Assembly (NCBI GenBank): GCA_963665115.1
Contig: OY762007.1
Coordinates: forward strand, 320,001-384,000
Source of the DNA: an uncultured Rivularia sp.
GTDB taxonomy: Bacteria; Cyanobacteriota; Cyanobacteriia; Cyanobacteriales; Nostocaceae
Direction: 5' to 3'
DNA: 64,000 bases
Shown here: positions 22,360-32,832 of the stretch, one piece after another
Numbering within the stretch: the first letter of the stretch is position 1
Layout of the letters: each line of letters opens with the position of its first letter
Made by a program: the position numbers and the translations under genes
The notes under the pieces: generated by a model
Database searches by the model: none
What the model was told of the DNA's origin: nothing
The model's input: only the letters and a program-made list of their open reading frames with translations

Positions 22360-22452
22360 TCTGTTCGGGAATAAAGATTATAGATTTTTGAAAATACTGA
22401 ATTAAATTATGAATTAAATTAATTTACATCTAGTATTAAACATAAATTTAAT

Positions 22453-22478
22453 GTAGAGACGTAGCAGTGCTACGTCTT
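22453..22478 (+). repeat. REP copy
   Basis: GTAGAGACGTAGCAGTGCTACGTCT. Confidence 0.85.
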
Positions 22479-22506
22479 CCCCAGATTTTAAATCACATGA
22501 ATATCT

Positions 22507-23424
22507 TTAAGCTGATTCTGATGGATAAAGATGCTCGGTAACTTTATTTCCTTGAACTAAATGTTTTTCAACAATAGTTTCAGCGACTTCTGGTTTAACG
22601 CGAGTGTACCAAGTTTTGTCCTCAGAATTAAATACTACTGGTCCTAATTTACAAACTTCTAAACAGCCAGAGGTTCTTACTTCTATATCCAAACCGGCTT
22701 TTTCAACAGCATTTTTCAAGGATTCAAAAGTCGGTTGCCAATTACGTGAAGGTAAACATCTTCCAGAAGTACAAACTGAAATATAAGAACGTTTTAAGGG
22801 ATTTTTTGTAAATGGCATTGGTTTTTCACCTAATACATATATTTCCCTTAATTCTTGATAAAGAGCTAACTTTGATAAGTTGGGTTTACCCTCTGGTAAT
22901 AAATTTTGACCGTCAACTAAAGGATTGGGGAAGAAAATTGTCATAACATTCTCACTAACACCATTCCAAAGTTCAATTCCCCAACTTCTGGGATTTCCAT
23001 CTTTGTTGAAACGTCGATAAAAAGCTGCACGACTAACTCTTCTTTGTCTTCTTAATTCCAAAGGAGTTTCACTATTAGGACCACCTAAAGTTTCATCAAT
23101 ACATAGATGTAAATGCCAACCTTCTGTTACCACTGTCAGATAACCATCATAAAGAATACAAATCTTAGGTGGATTGTTAAATTCTAATTCCAAAACTCCA
23201 CCTTGAGCAACGTGTCCTAATTCTACCTGCTGCCAATTTTGTTGAAATAAAGTGTAAAGTAATGATGATAAAACGTCACAACTGCAATCAATATCCTCAT
23301 ATTCAACTTTTCCTCCTGTTAGTAAATCTTTTGTATTTTGTCGATTTAATGGTGTTACCCAAGCATTATAGTTACTCATAGTAATTTTAGATTTTAGATT
23401 TTGGATTAAATTATCAATTACCAA
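22507..23424 (-). CDS. Two-domain protein: uncharacterised (HemS/ChuX-like) N-domain plus thioredoxin-like [2Fe-2S] ferredoxin
   Basis: C-terminal CTSGRC...GCLEVCKLGP..WYTRVKPE..IVEKHL; N-terminal WHLHL...WGIELWNG. Real start may be the MSNYNAW Met. Confidence 0.7.
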   Translation of the reverse strand: MVIDNLIQNLKSKITMSNYNAWVTPLNRQNTKDLLTGGKVEYEDIDCSCDVLSSLLYTLFQQNWQQVELGHVAQGGVLELEFNNPPKICILYDGYLTVVTEGWHLHLCIDETLGGPNSETPLELRRQRRVSRAAFYRRFNKDGNPRSWGIELWNGVSENVMTIFFPNPLVDGQNLLPEGKPNLSKLALYQELREIYVLGEKPMPFTKNPLKRSYISVCTSGRCLPSRNWQPTFESLKNAVEKAGLDIEVRTSGCLEVCKLGPVVFNSEDKTWYTRVKPEVAETIVEKHLVQGNKVTEHLYPSESA

Positions 23425-23470
23425 TTACCAATTACCAATGCCCAATGCCCTATGCCCCATTCTTCATATT

Positions 23471-25633
23471 TTAAAACTTATAATTCATACCTACTTGTAC
23501 AACTCTACCTGCATCAGGGAAGCCGGGAAATAATTGAAATCTTTGGTCAAAAATATTCTCTACACTACCATTAAAGGCTAAATTTGTACTTACAGGAACT
23601 CGTAATTTAAAATCAAAGGTTGTGTAACCAGCTAAAGATTCTGTATTGGTGTTATTTGTGGGATAACTACCTAAAGAATGCATCAAAATTCCTGCATACC
23701 AACCTTGAGAATTTTCATAATTGATTCCTAAATTAATACTATCAGCACCTGCAAATCTTAATTCTTGGTCAACTTCGGCAGGATTAGAACTTTCAAGAAT
23801 TCTGGGGTCATTTGCAGTATAGTTACCAGAGAAGTAGAAATTTTTTGCTAATTGTAAGTTTAAGGCAAGTTCCACACCAGTTGTCCGAACTTTACCAATA
23901 TTTTCATAGGTAAAATTGACATTATCATAAGCAATATTATCGGTGATGGTGTTATTAAAAAATGTAAAACGTAGCAAACCAATATCACCTAATTGTTGGT
24001 CGATACCTACATCAAAACTATTACCTCTTTCTGGTTTTAAATCGGGATTCCCTTGTGCAAAAGGAGAGTTACTAAATAAGTTAAATAGAGTAGGTACTCG
24101 GAAATTACGGATATAGTTAGCTCTAATTGTAGTCTTTTCTGCCAAATTCCAACGCGCTCCTACCGCAGGAGAAGTCACCGAACCATTTATCAAACTATTA
24201 AAGTCTTGACGCAATCCTAAGTTTAATCGCACGTCTGGTGTCACATCGACGAGATATTTAGCAAATACGGCTCCCTGTCCGATACTATCATCGTAATTCT
24301 CTGTTTCTGTTCCATCTACGAGGTTACGAGTCACATTTTCAGCGCTGACATTGCGGTAGTCAAAACCATAGGTAATGTTTTGATTTTCAGCAATTTGCCA
24401 ATTATGCTGTACCTGAAAACCCAAGGAGTTTTGATTGTTATCGAACTGTTGATGGTTGCTTATATCTCCTGTACGGTTATCGAAACGAGTATTGAGAAAA
24501 TCTAGATAGATTTTTGCTGTTAGTAAAGAATCATCTGCTTTCCCTAATTTTGCATTCCAGGTTAAATCCGTGAGAATTTGGTCGGTATACTTACGATTGT
24601 TATCGGTAAGGGAGTTAAAAGCAGCTTGAGAAATTTGGGGAATAGCTACACCACCCGGAATCCCCTGGTCTTTTGCTAGATAAATCGCATTGAAACTCAA
24701 ACTTTGACGTTTATCTAATTCTGCATTGACCTGTAAATTCAGATTATTGTAGAGTACATCAGCATTTTCTCTGGTTCCATCAAAGTCAACTTCGGGAATA
24801 GAATAATCAAAGCTATTGTTAGCACGAGTGCGATTGTAGTCTAGCAACCAAGAGACATTACCCTGTTTACCGCTATTTTGAATGCTTTGCTCGTTTAAAT
24901 CGTAGCTACCAAATCTGAGTTGAGCAGTGGTAGTAATATCTGTTGTCGGACGACGAGTAATAATATTGATTGTCCCTCCAATCGCATCGGAACCATAGAG
25001 AGTGGAACCTCCACCAGGAAGAACTTCAACTCTCTCGACAATATCAGTTGTAATTTCTGAAAGGTCGAAACCACCACTACCCAGATTATTCACTGGTCTA
25101 CCATTTAGTAATATCAATACTTGTCCGGTATTTGAACCACGAATAAACTGACCGCTTAAACCACCAATTTCTGTTCCCACAGTACCGTCGGGTAAAATAC
25201 CGGGGAGAAATCTTAGCGCTTCTTTGACAGTACGCGCACCTTGAGCTTCGATTTCTTCGCGGTTAATCACGTATACTGGACGAGTCGCATCGCGTACCTT
25301 TCCTTCACGACGAAACGGTGCAAAAACTGGTTGGTCTAATATTTCTCCTATAACTGTAAGCTCAATATCTGCTTCTTCTTCTTTTTCTGATTCTTGTGAA
25401 GGAGTATTTTGAGCAATTTCTTCCGTCTTATTAGTTGTAGTTAAAGTATCTTCAGGTATTAATTTTGGAATTATTTCTAAATCTTTTGCTGTACCTTGAT
25501 GCTGGGAAAATTCTGATATTTGCAAAATATCTTCTGCTGTAGCGCAATCGCTTCCAGACAATATCCCTAATAGAGTGACAATTAATACTGTGAAATGTAT
25601 TCCCAACTGATAACTAAAGATAGTTTCTTTCAT
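23471..25633 (-). CDS. btuB: TonB-dependent cobalamin receptor
   Basis: Plug motifs (VINREEIEAQGA, VERVEVLPGGGSTLYGSDAIGG), NPDLKPE, C-terminal YKF; B12 riboswitch directly upstream. Confidence 0.88.
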   Translation of the reverse strand: MKETIFSYQLGIHFTVLIVTLLGILSGSDCATAEDILQISEFSQHQGTAKDLEIIPKLIPEDTLTTTNKTEEIAQNTPSQESEKEEEADIELTVIGEILDQPVFAPFRREGKVRDATRPVYVINREEIEAQGARTVKEALRFLPGILPDGTVGTEIGGLSGQFIRGSNTGQVLILLNGRPVNNLGSGGFDLSEITTDIVERVEVLPGGGSTLYGSDAIGGTINIITRRPTTDITTTAQLRFGSYDLNEQSIQNSGKQGNVSWLLDYNRTRANNSFDYSIPEVDFDGTRENADVLYNNLNLQVNAELDKRQSLSFNAIYLAKDQGIPGGVAIPQISQAAFNSLTDNNRKYTDQILTDLTWNAKLGKADDSLLTAKIYLDFLNTRFDNRTGDISNHQQFDNNQNSLGFQVQHNWQIAENQNITYGFDYRNVSAENVTRNLVDGTETENYDDSIGQGAVFAKYLVDVTPDVRLNLGLRQDFNSLINGSVTSPAVGARWNLAEKTTIRANYIRNFRVPTLFNLFSNSPFAQGNPDLKPERGNSFDVGIDQQLGDIGLLRFTFFNNTITDNIAYDNVNFTYENIGKVRTTGVELALNLQLAKNFYFSGNYTANDPRILESSNPAEVDQELRFAGADSINLGINYENSQGWYAGILMHSLGSYPTNNTNTESLAGYTTFDFKLRVPVSTNLAFNGSVENIFDQRFQLFPGFPDAGRVVQVGMNYKF

Positions 25634-25667
25634 CCGTACCTCGCAGATAATTGTGTTTTTGATCGCA

Positions 25668-25785
25668 TTTGGCGGGCATTCTGACTTAAAGACTTTTGCC
25701 TTATTACAGCTGCGGGACAGCGCTGGATTTACACCGGACTTTCCCCCTTACGTCTGATGGTTGACTTTCATCAGAACCAATTAAT
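25668..25785 (-). ncRNA. Cobalamin riboswitch
   Basis: Minus strand: GGTTC...AAGGGGGAAAGTCCGGTGTAAATCCAGCGCTGTCCCGCAGCTGT...AAGTCAGAATGCCCGCC (B12 box). Confidence 0.93.
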
Positions 25786-26594
25786 TTAATATTGGCAATA
25801 AATTAGCAATATGTTTACGCTGAATCAAACCTACTTTTTGTAGGATAATTTCGCTGAGTTAATCGAAAACAAGCAATAGAAATAAATATTTCTGGCTCTT
25901 CCGCACGGGTGCTATCTAAATAGTCTTAAAAAGGTAGCTTTGCTGCTTTGCTGTAAGAAGGCATTAATAAATAATACTAACTAAAATTGCTTGGAATCTT
26001 AATACAGCAAAGGCTTGAGTGATTTATTCCTGATATTTAGCATATTAGATACTGAATATCTATATTTTCTAAACTCAATATTTAGCTATTTTCTCTGCCT
26101 TTAATAGCATTTTCTAATACAATTCGTTTCTAGTTTTCTTTGTTAACTAACTTATTTATAAAAATTTACCCTACACAATAATTTAATCATAATAATACCC
26201 GATTTCGTCTCTAATACAACCAAGATAAACGAATCTTTTTTTGATTTTATATGACAATGTTAATGTCAATGTCAGCGTTATTGTTAATGTTAATGTCAAC
26301 CTTATAAGAGATATTATTGATTAATTTAATTTATAGATATACTCGTATAATAAAACATCTCTTTGTGATTATTTAGAACTAAATAATCGTGCTAGTATGA
26401 ATAAAATTTTTCATGCTAAACTTCACCGAGGGAACTTTGTGACAAGCTATAGCAACTAATTTTATAGTTTGTTGTGTGATTAAATCGATATAAAAATTAA
26501 TTATTGATTTACCTATGTTTTGCTGTTATCGAATGTAGACAAAGGAATATTGTTTGTAAATTATTTCATTACTAAAAAACAGAACCACATCTTT

Positions 26595-27387
26595 ATGGGA
26601 ATCCGAAAAAATCTCAAACGGCTGAATTTATTAGGAATATCGTTAATCAGCTTGTATTTGGTAATTGGTGTACCAAAACCAGCTTATGCAATGCACGTTA
26701 TGGAAGGTTTTCTACCATTTGGTTGGGCTGCTTTTTGGTGGGCTGTTTCTTTACCTTTTATAATTTTGGGATTTATATCCCTAACTCGCATCACTAAGGA
26801 AAAACCCCAACTTAAACTGCTTTTGGGTTTGGCTGGTGCTTTTGCATTCGTGCTTTCGGCTTTGAAAATTCCTTCAGTAACTGGTAGCTGTTCTCACCCC
26901 ACGGGTACGGGGTTAGGTGCGGTGCTGTTTGGTCCTTTGGCTATGTCGGTGTTGGGAACTTTAGTACTCTTGTTTCAGGCTCTATTGCTGGCACATGGGG
27001 GATTAACAACATTAGGAGCGAATGCATTTTCGATGGCGATCGCCGGACCCTTTTGCAGCTTTTTGGATTTATCGGTTAACTATGAAAATATCCGGTAATC
27101 AAAGGTTAGCGATATTTATAGCCACAGCTTTAGCGAATTTATTGACTTATATTATTACCTCCGGACAATTAGCTTTGGCTTTCCCTGCTGAAGTTGGTGG
27201 TGTGATGGCTTCGTTTACTAAATTTGCAGGAATTTTTGCTATTACTCAAATTCCTTTAGCGATTAGTGAAGGTTTATTGACAGTATTGGTGTGGAATTGG
27301 TTGGAATCCTACAATCCACAAGAATTAGAACTATTGAATTTAATTAAGCGGGAGCCTCAACGTAATGAGACAATCAAGTCAGTCTAA
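26595..27387 (+). CDS. cbiM: Cobalt ECF S component CbiM; apparent +1 frameshift near 27052
   Basis: Leader then [28 protein letters not shown]; joins PFAAFWIY...QIPLAISEG if one T is removed. Confidence 0.9.
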
Positions 27388-27670
27388 TGGATGGAATAAT
27401 TGGCTGTTGATATCAATAGTCGTTGCTTTAGCAATTGCACCATTAATATTTGTACGGGGTGAATATGGTGGTGCTGATGGTGAAGCCGAAGAAGCAATTA
27501 CCAACATACAACCAGAATATAAACCTTGGTTTTCTCCTATATTTGAACCAGCAAGCGGTGAAATTGAAAGTTTATTATTTTCTTCTCAAGCTGCTTTAGG
27601 TGCTGGTTTAATTGGTTACGCAGTTGGTTTGTATAAAGGACGTAGCGAAAAGCAAAGACGTGAAGAATGA
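27365..27670 (+). CDS. cbiN: Cobalt transport protein CbiN
   Basis: [29 protein letters not shown]. Confidence 0.92.
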   Translation: MRQSSQSNGWNNWLLISIVVALAIAPLIFVRGEYGGADGEAEEAITNIQPEYKPWFSPIFEPASGEIESLLFSSQAALGAGLIGYAVGLYKGRSEKQRREE

Positions 27671-27686
27671 GGGAAGCATTTCTTTT

Positions 27687-27742
27687 GTAGTGCGAGCATC
27701 TTGCTCGCTTGATACACATAGCGAGCAAGATGCTCGCACTAC
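27687..27742. repeat. Inverted GTAG-REP doublet
   Basis: GTAGTGCGAGCATCTTGCTCGC ... GCGAGCAAGATGCTCGCACTAC. Confidence 0.85.
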
Positions 27743-27775
27743 CATATATTTTTGAAAAATCGGTATGCTTCTAGA

Positions 27776-28582
27776 ATGAGCTTAAAACTCGATACTTTAG
27801 CTTACACAAATCGATTGCGAGGATTACCACCAGAACACAAATTAATTTTCGCAGTTGTTACTTTGCTGATATCTCTAATTACTCATCCACCAATACAAGT
27901 ATTAATAGCTTTGTGGATGAGTATTTGGACTGTTGTTTATGCGAAAATTCCAGCAGGAATTTATATCAGGATTTTAGCAGTTGCCAGTTTCTTTTGGCTG
28001 ACTAGTTTACCAGCTTTAGTTATTAACGGAATTTCTGTAGCTGATATTTCCCGAGTACAAAGCGATTCTTGGTTTGGTTTAAACTTAGGCTACTACTATA
28101 TATATATTAGTCGTAATGGTTTCTACCAGGCTTTAACTATATTTACTAGAGCTTTGGCTTCTGTTTCTTGTCTATATTTTTTAATGTTAACCGTTCCGTT
28201 TACGGAAGTATTACAAACTCTGCGCCGATTCAAATTTCCTACGCTGTTAATTGAATTATTATTATTAATGTATCGGTTTATTTTTATTTTGTGGAATACA
28301 GCTACCGATTTATCTATTGCTCAAAAATCTCGTCTTGGCTACCGCGATTTTCGTACCAGCATCAAAAGTTTATCTTTATTAGTAGGACAGCTTTTAAAAC
28401 AAGCATTACAAAAATATAGCCAGTTCTCTTTAGGATTAGAATCCCGAGGAATGAGCGGAGAATTTCGAGTTTATGCTCCGCGTCGCTATCGTCCATCAAA
28501 ACGCTACATTCTTGAAGCAGTAATTGGTTGCGTAATTTTAATCAGTTTAGAATGGTGGCTGAATGCAGGAATATTTGCTTGA
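27776..28582 (+). CDS. cbiQ: Cobalt ECF T component CbiQ
   Basis: DTLAYTNRLR, LMYRFIF, AQKSRLG, LESRG. Confidence 0.9.
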   Translation: MSLKLDTLAYTNRLRGLPPEHKLIFAVVTLLISLITHPPIQVLIALWMSIWTVVYAKIPAGIYIRILAVASFFWLTSLPALVINGISVADISRVQSDSWFGLNLGYYYIYISRNGFYQALTIFTRALASVSCLYFLMLTVPFTEVLQTLRRFKFPTLLIELLLLMYRFIFILWNTATDLSIAQKSRLGYRDFRTSIKSLSLLVGQLLKQALQKYSQFSLGLESRGMSGEFRVYAPRRYRPSKRYILEAVIGCVILISLEWWLNAGIFA

Positions 28583-29384
28583 ATTTGACCAAGTACATTA
28601 CACCTATCCCGGCGCTAAAGAATCTTCACTTAACGGTCTGACCCTAAATATTCCATTTGGTAAAAAATGCGCTCTCATCGGTCAGAATGGTTGCGGGAAA
28701 ACGACATTGTTTTTACTCGCAAATGGTTTATATAAACCGAATAGTGGAATCATACGCTGGCATGGTAAACCATTACGTTATGACCGCAATTATTTAAGTA
28801 ACTTACGTCAAGAAGTCGGGTTAATATTTCAAGACCCGGAACAACAGTTAGTTGCTTCTACAATTGAAGAAGATATTTCCTACGGCTTATGTAATTTAAA
28901 TTTACCACCTAAAGAAATTCAATCCAGAGTCGAAGAAATATTAGTAGAACTGAGATTAGAAGAATTAGCACAAAGACCAGTACATCATCTCAGCTTGGGA
29001 CAAAAAAAACGAGTTTCTATTGCAGATGTGATGGTACTCCGACCCAAACTATTATTATTAGACGAACCGACTGCATATTTAGATATTAAACATACTCGTC
29101 AGCTAATCAAGACTCTTGAAAAGATTCATCAAGACGGTACAACATTATTAATGTCCACCCACGACTTAGATTTAGTTTATCGCTGGGCTGATTGGATATT
29201 TGTGATGGATAAAGGACAATTAATTTTTGAAGGTGAACCCGAAAATGTGTTTGCTCAAGGTGAACTTTTAGAACAGTTAGATTTAGGATTACCGTTGATA
29301 TATCAGCTTCTATTTGATGAAAGTTTATCTGAGGAAGAGAAAGCTGTTGTAGAAAAATTACGAGAAAAAATATTAAAGATGTAG
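28563..29384 (+). CDS. cbiO: Cobalt ECF ATPase CbiO
   Basis: GQNGCGKT, FQDPEQQL, LSLGQKKR, LDEPTA. Confidence 0.92.
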   Translation: MQEYLLEFDQVHYTYPGAKESSLNGLTLNIPFGKKCALIGQNGCGKTTLFLLANGLYKPNSGIIRWHGKPLRYDRNYLSNLRQEVGLIFQDPEQQLVASTIEEDISYGLCNLNLPPKEIQSRVEEILVELRLEELAQRPVHHLSLGQKKRVSIADVMVLRPKLLLLDEPTAYLDIKHTRQLIKTLEKIHQDGTTLLMSTHDLDLVYRWADWIFVMDKGQLIFEGEPENVFAQGELLEQLDLGLPLIYQLLFDESLSEEEKAVVEKLREKILKM

Positions 29385-29491
29385 AGACGTAGCACTGCTA
29401 CGTCTCCCTAGATTTAAATTTGTCTAGAAAATGTAGAATCAATTGTGGTTGAAATTGTAAATTGTAGAGACGCGATATATTGCGTCTCTAC
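29381..29491. repeat. Two REP copies (29381-29406 and variant 29464-29491)
   Basis: GTAGAGACGTAGCACTGCTACGTCTC, which overlaps the cbiO TAG, and GTAGAGACGCGATATATTGCGTCTCTAC. Confidence 0.85.
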
Positions 29492-29503
29492 ATCTGGGAT
29501 TAT

Positions 29504-30076
29504 CTACCGCTGACTAACAAAAAGCTGCGTGAAATAATATTCACCCTTAGAATTCTTTGCAACACCAATACCAGTCACCTGATATTTACCTACCATATTG
29601 CGACGATGCCCCGAACTTTTAATCCAACCCGTGACAGCATTTTTTCCGGGATTCTTATAGCCTTGATTGTAAGCAACGTTTTCCGCTACACCATTCCAGC
29701 GAATAAACTTAGAAATCTTTTGATAGCGAGAATTTGAACCATTATGTCCGAAAGGTACCTGCTTAGATGCCATTTTTCGACTGTGCTGTCTTGCGATCGC
29801 GCTTATCTTACCGTTCAATTTTAAAGGTGGTAAACCTTTCTTTTTACGGTATTGATTAATTTGTCGATGTACCGATTTTTCCATTGCAGCAACATCCGAA
29901 GCTGCATTTACAGGTTTTGAACTTAATGTAATTAAAGAATCAGGAACACTATCGGAATTGCTTGAAAGCTGAATAAATTCTGTACCACCCAATATTGCTG
30001 CCGTTGATAAAACAACTCCTCCAAGCAGTGGGAACACTTTTGTCAAATTCGCTTTTAGCCGAGTATTCTTCAACAT
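29504..30076 (-). CDS. CAP/SCP domain secreted protein
   Basis: INQYR, ARQHSRKMA, AENVAYN, GWIKSSGHRRNM, YYFTQLF. Confidence 0.92.
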   Translation of the reverse strand: MLKNTRLKANLTKVFPLLGGVVLSTAAILGGTEFIQLSSNSDSVPDSLITLSSKPVNAASDVAAMEKSVHRQINQYRKKKGLPPLKLNGKISAIARQHSRKMASKQVPFGHNGSNSRYQKISKFIRWNGVAENVAYNQGYKNPGKNAVTGWIKSSGHRRNMVGKYQVTGIGVAKNSKGEYYFTQLFVSQR

Positions 30077-30512
30077 TTCTATTTACTCCAAAAAACAACA
30101 GAATAAACCTCTACTTATAATTCCCTTCCCCGAGAGAAAAATAACATTTGACATCTGAATTGAGGTAGATTTATTCGCAATTTGGTAGAAGTACGATCGA
30201 TTAAAACTATGTAATTCTGTTTACCTTCTTCACCCTGTTATCAGAATTACTCGCAAAATACAAGTTAATTTATAACCTTATTTTGCGAACCTGTATGTGA
30301 TTGTAACCAATAATTTGGGATTTTGGGTTATCAATTCGTTAAAACTATGTATTCTTAAACACCATTTATTTTCATTTCTTTAATGAATAATGTATCGGTA
30401 TAAAACGTAAATATTTACAAATTGACCGTAGAAAAATAAAATATTAATTAGATGATATTTTACTAGGATTAATTACTTATTTTTTCAAGTTGACGATTCT
30501 AATTAAATATAG

Positions 30513-30572
30513 AACCTCACCCTGCCGTATCGCTCCCTCTCCTTAATAAGGAGAGGGATTGAGGGTGAGGTT
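30513..30572. repeat. Nested palindromic dispersed repeat
   Basis: AACCTCACCC..TCCCTCTCCTTA/TAAGGAGAGGGA..GGGTGAGGTT. Confidence 0.65.
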
Positions 30573-30605
30573 TCCTTATTGCTTAAAATTAACCTTATTA
30601 AATTA

Positions 30606-31775
30606 ATGAAAAAATCTCTAAAATTACCACAAAAAATCATGCTCCTCGGTTCGGGAGAACTAGGAAAAGAATTCGTTATTGCAGCGCAACGTTTGGGTAA
30701 TTTTGTAATTGCCATCGATCGTTACAAAGATGCTCCAGCCATGCAGGTTGCCGATTGTTGCGAAGTAATTTCTATGTTGAGTGCTGACGATTTAGAAGCT
30801 GTTGTCAGCAAATATCAACCAGATTTTATTGTACCGGAAATTGAAGCAATTAGAACCGAAAAGTTAGCAGAATTTGAACAGCGCGGTATTACAGTCATCC
30901 CCACTGCTGCGGCGACTAATTATACAATGAACCGCGATAGAATCCGGGAATTAGCGCATACAGAGTTAGGTGTTCGGACTGCAAAATATGGTTATGCATC
31001 ATCTTTAGATGACTTAATAAATATTAGTAATGAAATTGGTTTTCCCAATGTAGTTAAACCAGTAATGTCATCTTCTGGCAAAGGACAATCTATAGTCAAA
31101 GAGAAACAACACGTTGCCAAAGCTTGGGATTATGCAAGTTCGGGTTCTCGTGGTGATAGTCAAAGAGTAATTATAGAAGAATTTATCGACTTTGAAATTG
31201 AAATTACCTTACTAACTATCAAACAGTGGAATGCTCCCACTATTTTCTGTTCTCCTATTGGTCATCGTCAAGAAAGAGGTGATTATCAAGAATCTTGGCA
31301 ACCAGCAGGAATTTCCCAACAAATGACCTCAAAAGCTCAAGAAATCGCCACAAAAGTTACCGATGCTTTAGGAGGTGCGGGAATTTTTGGTGTAGAGTTT
31401 TTTATCACCAAAAATGAGGTGATATTTTCCGAACTATCACCCAGACCCCACGACACCGGCATGGTAACATTAATATCGCAAAACTTGAATGAATTTGAAT
31501 TACATTTAAGAGCTATTTTAGGTTTACCAATTCCGAATATAGAACAGTTCGCACCTTCAGCCAGCGCAGTGATTTTAGCTTCAGAAAAATCCGATAATAT
31601 TAGTTTTACAGGAGTAGCCGAAGCACTCGCAGAAAAAGACGTTGATATAAAATTGTTTGGTAAACCCTCCGCTCACAAATATCGGCGTATGGGAGTAGCT
31701 TTAGCGAAAGGAAGCAGCGTTGAAGAAGCGCGAGAAAAAGCTAAAATTGCTGCCGATCGAATTAATATTGTTTAG
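30606..31775 (+). CDS. purT: Formate-dependent phosphoribosylglycinamide formyltransferase
   Basis: LLGSGELGKE, KPVMSSSGKGQS, ELSPRPHDTG, RRMGVALA. Confidence 0.96.
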   Translation: MKKSLKLPQKIMLLGSGELGKEFVIAAQRLGNFVIAIDRYKDAPAMQVADCCEVISMLSADDLEAVVSKYQPDFIVPEIEAIRTEKLAEFEQRGITVIPTAAATNYTMNRDRIRELAHTELGVRTAKYGYASSLDDLINISNEIGFPNVVKPVMSSSGKGQSIVKEKQHVAKAWDYASSGSRGDSQRVIIEEFIDFEIEITLLTIKQWNAPTIFCSPIGHRQERGDYQESWQPAGISQQMTSKAQEIATKVTDALGGAGIFGVEFFITKNEVIFSELSPRPHDTGMVTLISQNLNEFELHLRAILGLPIPNIEQFAPSASAVILASEKSDNISFTGVAEALAEKDVDIKLFGKPSAHKYRRMGVALAKGSSVEEAREKAKIAADRINIV

Positions 31776-31782
31776 TGCATTA

Positions 31783-31890
31783 GGGAGCATCCCTAATTTT
31801 TAATTTTGTAGTGCGAGCATCTTGCTCGCTGGTGTTCCCGAGCGAGCAAGATGCTTGCACTACCTATTTTCCAAGAATTGGGATGCTCCC
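31783..31890. repeat. MITE-like element: GGGAGCATCCC terminal inverted repeats around an inverted REP doublet
   Basis: GGGAGCATCCC..GTAGTGCGAGCATCTTGCTCGC..GCGAGCAAGATGCTTGCACTAC..GGGATGCTCCC. Confidence 0.75.
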
Positions 31891-31947
31891 ATGAATAGGA
31901 ACCAGTAATTAAAAAAATTGCTTAATTGATGAGGAACACAATAATTT

Positions 31948-32832
31948 ATGCATGAATCTTTCTCAGAAATCAACATATCTAAAATTAAAGATTTTAACGT
32001 ATTAAACCTTTTTCAAAATATCCAAACTATTCCCATAACCACACCTTTAAACACGCAACCAATTTCAACAGCCTATATCCATCAAGGTGATAAAGGAATA
32101 CCAATTCTACTTTTACACGGTTTCGAGAGTTCTTTATTAGAATTTCGCTTGCTCATACCGTTACTTGCTGCCAAAAACGAAACTTGGGCAGTTGACTTAC
32201 TCGGTTTTGGTTTTACAGAAAGACTCAAAAACATTAACTATTCCCCAGCCACCATCAAAACCCATCTTTACCACTTCTGGAAAACCCAAATTAATCGTCC
32301 AGTAATTTTAATAGGTGCTTCGATGGGAGGTGCAACCGCGATAGATTTTACCCTTTCTTACCCAGATTGCGTTCATCAACTGGTTTTAATTAACAGCGTC
32401 GGTTATTCCGGTAGCTTTCCTCAAGGACGATTTTTGTTTCCTCCCTTTGATTATTTGGCAGTAGAATATTGGAGACAACGCAAACTCCAACCGCTTTTCT
32501 TTAGTGATTTCGGTAACTTAACAGATTCCGAACTTACATCCTTGCAATGTGCAGCTTTACATTTAGATATGCCCAACTGGCACGAAGCGACGATTAGTTT
32601 TACCAAAAGTGGTGGTTATAGCGAAATAGCCCCGCGAATTAAAGATATTTCCAAACCAACATTAATATTGTGGGGAGAAAAAGACGAAACTCTTCCGATA
32701 GAAGATGCTGAGAAATTTCAACGAGATATTGTGCAGAGTCAATTAATTTGGTTGAAATGCGGACATACTCCGCATCTGGAACAAGCTGGAGTGGTTGCGG
32801 AATTGGTTTTAAAAAAGTCAAAAGGTTTCTAA
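31948..32832 (+). CDS. Alpha/beta hydrolase
   Basis: LLLHGF, DLLGFG, GASMGG nucleophile, WGEKD, GHTPHLE. Confidence 0.92.
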   Translation: MHESFSEINISKIKDFNVLNLFQNIQTIPITTPLNTQPISTAYIHQGDKGIPILLLHGFESSLLEFRLLIPLLAAKNETWAVDLLGFGFTERLKNINYSPATIKTHLYHFWKTQINRPVILIGASMGGATAIDFTLSYPDCVHQLVLINSVGYSGSFPQGRFLFPPFDYLAVEYWRQRKLQPLFFSDFGNLTDSELTSLQCAALHLDMPNWHEATISFTKSGGYSEIAPRIKDISKPTLILWGEKDETLPIEDAEKFQRDIVQSQLIWLKCGHTPHLEQAGVVAELVLKKSKGF

